DNA of 64,000 nt, from the NCBI GenBank assembly GCA_951406725.2, contig OX597820.1, positions 69,316,001 to 69,380,000 on the forward strand, given 5' to 3'. This stretch comes from Octopus vulgaris (Eukaryota). Made by a program: the position numbers and the translations under genes. The notes under the pieces were generated by a model. It did no database searches, was not told where the DNA came from, and saw only the letters and a list, made by a program, of their open reading frames with translations. How positions within the stretch are numbered: the stretch's first letter is position 1; the number at the start of each line of letters is the position of its first letter. Below are positions 55,811-64,000 of this stretch, in pieces.

Positions 55811-56335
55811 CTCACTCCTCTACCAGACATGACGAGAACTCAAATAACGCCCGAATTGGCTGAACTAAAGCAATTAATGGATGAAGGGTGTGAAGACGCG
55901 AATTTCTTTTTGTCTTTTTTCTTTCCTCATTTCCAAGGAATCCGGACATCGTAATGAACTGCTTCTCCAAGACTCCTTTATTATAAGACCGAAAGAATCG
56001 GTGGAATTAGAATAGATTGAGATGGATGAGACGTGTTGTGTGTGTGTGTGTACGTGTGTGTATGTGTGTGTGAGTGTGTGAGGGGATATACGGGGTTTGA
56101 GGCAGGTGAGAGGTGCATCTGTGAGATCGAATCATTTAGGCCGAGGCAAACATTATATTTATGACGATAGCGTCAAGGGAGCTCTGCGTGCGGGTACATA
56201 TGTGTGTATATCTGCGTGTATGCGTGTGTGAGATTGTGTCATTTTATGTACATGTGTGTGTATGCGTTATGTACGTAAATATAAGCATGCATAATGTGTA
56301 TGCATAAATTTAGATATACGCATGTGGTTACACCC

Positions 56336-56369
<34 letters not shown>

Positions 56370-56690
56370 TCAATGAGCAGCATGCGTATGTTCACACACA
56401 AACACACATATGAGACAGCTTTTCCTATGCATGCACGTGTGTGCACACTTACGTGTGTTTTAAAGGCTGTATGTGTGTGTTCGTGCGTGTGTGTGCATAA
56501 GGCGAGTGTATTTGTATATGTGTGTGTCTACGAGCGTGTGTGTGTACGCTTATCTCTGTGTACATACGTGCATATTTGAGTGGAAACCATATAATTTAAT
56601 TCATGATTTTTTTTTTAAATGAAAATCCTTCATGAGTATTTTTCAGAAATTGACATGAATATATTCAGAAGAAATTAAGGTGATACATAA

Positions 56691-56746
<56 letters not shown>

Positions 56747-56982
56747 GAATGTGTGTGTGTGTGTGTGGAATGAGACAGAATGGGTGAGAGAGAGAGAGAG
56801 AGAGTTTTATACAACATATTTAATTTGCAGTATTTTAACGGGATTAATTCCTGCACAGACTGATGTAACAAGAATTTGCATAGTGTCATTATTTAGAAAA
56901 CTTGCGTTCTCTCTCTCTCTCTCTCTCTCCACACACACACTCATACACATATATAAGTATGTATTTTATGTAAATCTGTATG

Positions 56983-57051
<69 letters not shown>

Positions 57052-57357
57052 TTATTTCTTGCAACCATTCCTCATCCAGTGTGGGTGTTTGTCTACAAAT
57101 TAGGTTACATGAATAATTGTATGATTCCATTACGGTTATGAAAATGAAGAATAAAAAGAAAAGCTAATATGAAAAAATGTTTTTTCTTAATATTAGAAAT
57201 ATTTGAAAAGTTACCAGAATCTGTTTTCGTACCTGACCGCATCCCATCACTTCTCGCTTCTGACACCCAATGAAGAAATGAGAACGAGTGTGATAAAACA
57301 CACGTACTCAAACACATACACACCACATATCTCAAAAATATAGATAGATAGAAAGAG

Positions 57358-57456
<99 letters not shown>

Positions 57457-58610
57457 AAAGTTTGGTGGCAGGGACTAAGCTGTAGGACCATTCTACAGAT
57501 GTTTAGTACAATTGTATAACTAGACACCCTGAAGTAATGTTATTTCTGCTCGTGTTTACGATGTGTTTCTTTTATTCATCACTAAAATATTGTTAAATTG
57601 AAAACTCGGAGACACAAAAGGTGCACAATTAACCAATTAGAACCCCTGTACTTTAATCCATCTCATTAATCATTCACAGCCCCGCTTCTTTAGCATTTAT
57701 ATTTATTTATTTCAATCAACAATATGCATTAAGGTGTAATCGAATGACAAAACCACCAATAAAAATATGTTTCTTTAAAATGGCGTTTGATACACTAACA
57801 CGCAAATATTTCATTTTCTTCTTCCAAATATAAAAATATAGTTTTTAAAAAAATTTGTATTGGTTGAGGGATGAGTGAGAATGGAATCAGTGAGTGAGAA
57901 AGGATATAAGGTAGAAAATTTCCGATCCAGAAATTCCGAATAATTATTGTTTCTGGCAGAGGGTTCTCAAGGTTTCTAAATTTTGTAGGGAAGTAAGTTA
58001 ATCGAATGCTATCAAGCCCAATATTTGACTGGTAGGTCCTCAAGGTCGAGTGTCCTCGCCACCGTCAACATACAGTAAGCGAAACATAAATAATACGATT
58101 CATTGTAGTTGGAATTTCAGATTATATTACATGCGCTGCTTCAGATTGATCCCTTATATCGCCCACCTTTCACACTACAACGTAAGTTTTGATAAAATTA
58201 GTGCAGTAAAGCCCTCGTTTTGCAATGAAACCGAGCTGGTCAGCAATATGACGAAAATTCAATATTGTAATGAACAGTTTCGTTAACCCTGCAACACGTG
58301 AATAATGGTTCTTCCTTGTTTCTTTCTCCCTACCACCAACTTCCGTGCTACTGCAGAAGGCCATAGATATCATCTTTCTTCTCTTAATATATATATATAG
58401 ATATATATACAGCGCTGCAGATACTCGAGTAAGCCGATCATTATTTACTGTTTTGAGCTATTAGCTGTTTTACACTGGATGGGCACGACTGTGATTAAGG
58501 TCGAATAACATTATGTATATATGAAGCTCATCATTTAAGTGTCTGAATCAAATTGCATTCTTTTTATTAGCACATACTGAGTGTAAAATCTAAACAGTAG
58601 TCTAACATCA

Positions 58611-58689
<79 letters not shown>

Positions 58690-58717
58690 CATACATTCAT
58701 ATATATATATATACATC

Positions 58718-58765
<48 letters not shown>

Positions 58766-58889
58766 TATATATATATATATATATATATATATAAGAGAGA
58801 GAGAGAGAGAAAGGTGTGTATTTTTCAGTGTCTTTCAACTTTATTTCAAAAGAAAATATATTCATAGATACATTGTTTACTTGTTTTCA

Positions 58890-59775
58890 AACAAGATGAG
58901 AAAGCAGTTTGATAATGACAATTGTTTGCACGTGATGGAAAAGCAAAAAAAAAAAAAAAAAAAAAAAGCATATAAGAGTGTCTGACAGAAATAGTTCTAC
59001 TAATATTTAAACAATTATTTCAAAGAATTAGACTGAAAGATATTAATATTAAAGAGTGATGAAATTGAACAAAAGGAAATATATGATAAATTTGGGTAAC
59101 CGACTTAGCGAAAAATGTCTTATAGAACTTAGGAACGAACTAAATGGAGAAAATTCCGTAAAGCCTTCAAACCTGGATGTTATTGTGATATTCTGCTGTT
59201 ATACTTTGCTGAATGAAGAATGAACGCGTAGAAATGGTTAGAAGCAGAAGGAAATTGATAAGTATACACAATGGTCTCGATCTGTGAAGCAAGTTTGGGA
59301 GATCTTATATACCAGCTAAAGAATAATAAAGAACGCTATTCAACATTACAAACATGGTAAATTTGGTCATTATAGGGCTATAGAAGGATTTTAGGAAATA
59401 TATAAAATAAAATAAAATGATAAATTACAAAGAACAGCGGTTTATATATGCTGCTAAGAAATCGATAAAAAAATAAATACTTGAAAAGAGAAAAAGTAGT
59501 TGAAGTAAAAGAAAATAAGAAGAGGGTAGAAAATTGGAGAGAAAAAAAAAATGTTAGACAAGCAATTCGTCAAGGAAACAGTAGACAACAATAGGGTTAG
59601 CTGAAAGGGAGCAGATTAAAAAAAAAAAGGGAGAAAAATTCTTGTCGGGATTGCACAAAAGCAAGCATTGAGAAATAAACTGATTAAAAAGCAAAGATGA
59701 TGATAAAAATAAAATCAAACTCGATACTAAGTGTCGGATTTGTGGCAAAAATAGTCAGATGTGTTAAACTATTTT
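58890..59775 (+). pseudogene. Old R4/Dong-clade non-LTR relic (end of RT, thumb and zinc-knuckle region)
   Basis: Ordered peptide remnants across broken frames: [78 protein letters not shown], corresponding to R4-type FGLDKC, LNxxN, RKxxTxH, RLYxPRxEGG, WLxxGxLK, AAQDQAL and CRxC motifs. Confidence 0.7.
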
Positions 59776-60130
59776 GTTTTGTTGTTGTTATTATTCAGCC
59801 CCTGGGGTCCCTGGACACAAGTGATTGAAGGTGTCTGTGACCAAAAGTATTTCGCCCGTGACCACCACGTCTTTGTTAGATGTATCTAAAACTACATTTT
59901 TACAATGCAGGTGCTATCAGGTGTAATATCTAATATACGTAGCTCGAATGAAACAGATATAACATTAGAGTGCATGTTCTTTTTGTTTTATTTATTTTTC
60001 TTTCCCACAGAGACAGAGCTGTGAAGGTCACAAATTGCAGTTTTCCCTACCTATAAAACCTTTAAAGAATGTAGACATTTAAAGACGACAATGTATGATT
60101 TCAAAGAGATTCGGCTGCAGTTTCTAGGGT
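59776..60130 (-). mobile_element. Dispersed repeat D copy abutting the R4-type relic
   Basis: (ttg)n tail, cagccc...tgtgaccaaaagtatttcgcccgtgacca and tgatttcaaagagattcggctgcagtttctag are the reverse complement of repeat D ends. Confidence 0.5.
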
Positions 60131-60964
60131 ATCAAACGTCGTCTTAGCTGCTCCCTTGTTGAACGTTAATCGATTTAGTTGAGGAATGACTGCTGTAAAA
60201 TATCTTAAAATGGGCAAACAATGTATGATAAAACTGGAATATCCAAGAGAAATTTACTTTGTAGAGAGTTTGGTTGTTAGAAGGTCGGAAAATGAAACAA
60301 ATGAAAATTAAAGTCGGCAAAATATTACCCAAAAAATACAAGAATAAAAATATAGGAAAATAATAATATGCTCAGGTAATCTGTAAGCTAGATGTCAAAA
60401 CAAGGTGAATATTCATTCCAATGAATTTTGTCAAAGATGGCAAAATGTTATATAAACATTAAAAAATACAATAAAAAGGAAAAATTAAGCTAAAATTCGC
60501 ACCAATGAAACTTGCCGCGAGCTGTTATTAAAAAAAACCCAGTAGATTTCTTATAAGATTTCTTATTGTAAAGTGATCATAAAATGTCTATGAAGTCTAA
60601 AATATAATAAGAGGGAACTAAACAAAATACTTAACATATAATAGAACTATCTGTGCTATATGTTTTCAAGAAGAGGTTTTAAGAAATGGATACGATTGAA
60701 ATGTATATGGCTTGGACAAGAGATATCATAACTGTGTTTTATAAAGGAAATATATTGTCATCGAACCACTAGTAATAACTATACAGATTGTGGATTTAAG
60801 ATTTTCGAATATTGTCTGAGAATATTGATGTCGCCCTTTTATTCTAATCAGTATTGATCTTTGGGGAGTGTGGTTGAGTTTCTTGTTAATACATGTAAAC
60901 GGTAAACAACAATCAGAACTAAGATCTCTCATAATAAATACATTTAGCTCCCACTAAAACTTCT

Positions 60965-61255
60965 CATAATAATAATTTCTGATTTATGTACAACGGCAGT
61001 AAATTATTGCAGATGATGGCTGTTCGATTCCGTTGACGAATGGTACTTTATTTCAGCATTAACGATCACAGCTTTAAAATTGTTCTTAATAATTGTGTAT
61101 GAATTAGGCACAAAGTCATTAAATTTTTGTGTGAGAGGGTAAGTCGATTACATTCAATTTAGTACTTAATTAGTGCATTATTTTATCGACGTAAAAAGCT
61201 AGAAGAAATTTTGCGAAGCATTTTGTCCCATATTTAACGATTAGGCCAACTGTGA
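60965..61255 (-). mobile_element. Degenerate SINE family A remnants
   Basis: ggcacaaa...aagtcgattacatt...ttttatcgac and gcgaagcattttgtcc..taacgatt. Confidence 0.45.
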
Positions 61256-61531
61256 TCCTTAATACTGTTTTTTTTATACTTTTGCACAGCACTCAATAAC
61301 AAAGTAAGCATGTAATAAGCATTACAAATAAAATATTTTCTATTAATCTTTTACTGTTGGACCATAAGACAGCGTGGTTATGCTACAACATACCGTCTTA
61401 ATTTTCTCGTCGTTGATATTGAGTTGAGGACATCTTTCGGTCTGGTATACAGAATGACTAAAGTTATTTCATTGACGTAAAGAAGGACACAATTCGACAT
61501 ACCATTTTACGTTTGGACACATTATATACAA

Positions 61532-61591
<60 letters not shown>

Positions 61592-63439
61592 ATTTTGGTA
61601 ATTTTTTTGTCAAGTAAACACACGCACTATATATATATTTCTTCACTCGTTTATTACTGTTCTTATTTTATTATTTTAACTCCTGTCCATTGTTCAGAAC
61701 TCTTTCGTCACATATCTGTGTCCTCTTCAGCGACACATTTCATTTTCGTGTGTGTTCTCGCTCCCCTGACTCCATTCTCTCTCTCTCTCTCTCTACGCTA
61801 GTATCGAACAGTGAGAATGAGTGATCAACACCACATCACATTGGCGGATAGGTATTCTTTATTTCTGGGTTAAGAAGGTTACCAATGATTTAAGGTTAAA
61901 AATGAATTTCTTGACAATTATGAATCTTGCCACGTGGGGATGTCGGTACTGGTGTCCATTTTAGATGAAAAAATGAGAGAATCCAAAATGGAGACGAGTC
62001 TTGATGATTGTTAAGAGATAACTCTTTACAGGAAACCATTGGTAATCTTTTTACCCTCAAATAAAGTAGATATATTACACAAGAACACACATGCTCACAC
62101 ATACAAATCAGTCGACTGAAACTAATACCTTGAAGCTCCTACGTTATCTATAAAAGTTGTTTTTTAAAAATTCACTTTTAATACATAAATATATATATTG
62201 ACCTTCCTGACACTGTTCCATTATGTCAAAGATTTAGTTTTACATCATTCAGTTCGTTTAACATTTAGGGATTGTTTAACGCCTAACACAATAAAACACA
62301 AATATTCGAAAGGATAAAATTTGTTATCGTGTTTTCACAACATGCGTACATCTTTAAGTTTGTCTTATATATATAGACAGGTTTATACATACAGGGTCCT
62401 TGTCTTACTCATTCATAGCTTTTATAAGGGCAGATATGATACGAGTTCAACCTCAAAATTCATTGTTATATTTAGTTATATAGATACATTCTTCCACTCT
62501 TCTATAAGTTCAAACATTAGGACGGAATAATATAGGATAAAAAAGAAAAGGAATTTAATATCGAACACGTGCTGTATTGAATTGAACCTTTGCCAATCAA
62601 AGAAATCAATACATGTATATATATATGTATGTATGTGTGTGTGTATTATACATGTTTATACATGTGTATTATACATGTTTTGTATCAGAGATGTTACCTT
62701 TTATTCTTCTGTCTTTCTTTTAATACTGATTCTGCGAATCTTTCGTTAATTCTCACATTCAGGTAAAGAATAAAAGGTTAATATGTGTATTGTGGTGTCG
62801 AATAATGCAGTTTCCTATTAGCTACGTGTCTATGAACTAAACAATAAAGACATTTAGAAAAATTCAAGTATTCCAATTTGCTATTCTTTCCGAATAATAG
62901 TGAGAGCCAGTAGAAGGGAAGTTGACAAGAAATTAGGCGAATGTTAGGAGAGTTCTGTTAATCAGAGTTAACTTCAATATCGTCACGATAGATTTACTAT
63001 TATTTATGTTTTTTAGTTTCTCAGCCACAAGCATATTTGCTTCATATTAAACCGCCTAACACACACACTCATATACATATAGAAACTCGCTCACAATACG
63101 TAAACACGTAATACATCATGTATTCAGATAATTTCCCCTGATTTGCTCTACTCGGAGTTTCTTGTTACCACTTCACCAAGTGACACACCGTTGTTAACCC
63201 ATACTCGTATATCTGTGAACGTATATATGCACACAGACCAATATATACCTATATATACACCCATATGTACATGTACATATATAAATATCATATGCGTATA
63301 TAAGAATGCTTAGACATGTAGACACATGCATAATGACATAAGTATATACATATACGGGTTTAAAGAATGCTTGATTAATTAAGAACTAATTATTTCGATC
63401 CTAGTAAAATCATTTCAATACAATAACAGGAGCAACACA

Positions 63440-63440
<1 letters not shown>

Positions 63441-63497
<57 letters not shown>

Positions 63498-63501
63498 ACT
63501 G

Positions 63502-63535
<34 letters not shown>
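63441..63535. repeat. (CTG)n-(CTA)n tract
   Basis: Directly visible. Confidence 0.95.
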
Positions 63536-64000
63536 AATAATGATCACGATGATGATAACATATCTCAACCAGTCTCTTAAATGAAGGGTTTTGCTTGTGA
63601 TTAATAGAGAAATTATTCATACGATATAGTGCTAATAATAATAATAATAATAATAATATGAGGTATTGATAATACTGTACTAAAGTGAATGAAACAACAT
63701 CATAGGTAATATTTAATAGCACCATCCGCAGAAATTCCGTAGGTATGATCTGGAATTTAAGATAATTCCCTTTGTAATTGTAATTTTTTTAAAGCGTTTC
63801 AGGATTTACATGGCATAAAGTCCACACGACACTGACAGCACTGTATTAGGAAGTGAGATCTTTGAAAGAAAACTACATTCTTTGTTATAGATCTCTCAGA
63901 TTTTCTGCCTTGATAATTCTTGTTTTTCTTTTGTTTTGCTCCAGTAAAGCATAAGCATATCCTTTCGAATGAAATTCTCTCGATCTATCTATCTAATATA

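Noticed and set aside
55178-55954. 258-aa ORF, the longest in the track
   Set aside because: Almost entirely trinucleotide repeats that lack stops in several frames. The short complex tail (MTRTQITPELAELKQLMDEG) follows a pyrimidine tract and cag, but has no recognisable domain or clear donor site, so an exon cannot be supported.
61690-61737. Minus-strand CTGAAGA...GAAA hammerhead-like spacing
   Set aside because: Stem II is imperfect, there is no valid NUH cleavage triplet and no stem I.

Overview
AT-rich, microsatellite-saturated animal genomic DNA with no recognisable host protein-coding exon, rRNA, intact tRNA gene or CRISPR array. It reads as intergenic or deep-intronic sequence, and the repeat landscape is most consistent with an octopus (coleoid cephalopod) genome; that assignment is an inference from recalled repeat families, not a database result. 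Nearly every ORF in the supplied track is a translation of (TA)n, (TG)n, (TACA)n, (TATC)n or trinucleotide tracts. What can be supported: (i) many copies of three tRNA-headed SINE families, labelled here A, B and C, plus an old dispersed repeat D; (ii) decayed non-LTR retrotransposon pieces, namely an R4/Dong-type endonuclease 3' end sitting in a TGA/TAA tract (28511-28945), an older R4-type RT/zinc-knuckle relic (~58890-59775) and an RTE-like RT fragment with an internal tandem duplication (~15690-16253); (iii) a ~93-bp mariner-type MITE, a 254-bp hAT/Charlie-type MITE and a Helitron-like 5' end; (iv) degenerate minimal hammerhead-ribozyme motifs of the Penelope type, including a back-to-back pair on opposite strands at 39107-39186. 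I found no convincing new multi-gene system. The best leads are the hammerhead motifs, TAA-targeted insertions, module sharing between SINE families, a pre-miRNA-sized hairpin and a pair of CSL/Su(H) sites. Boundaries of degenerate repeats were read by eye and are approximate.
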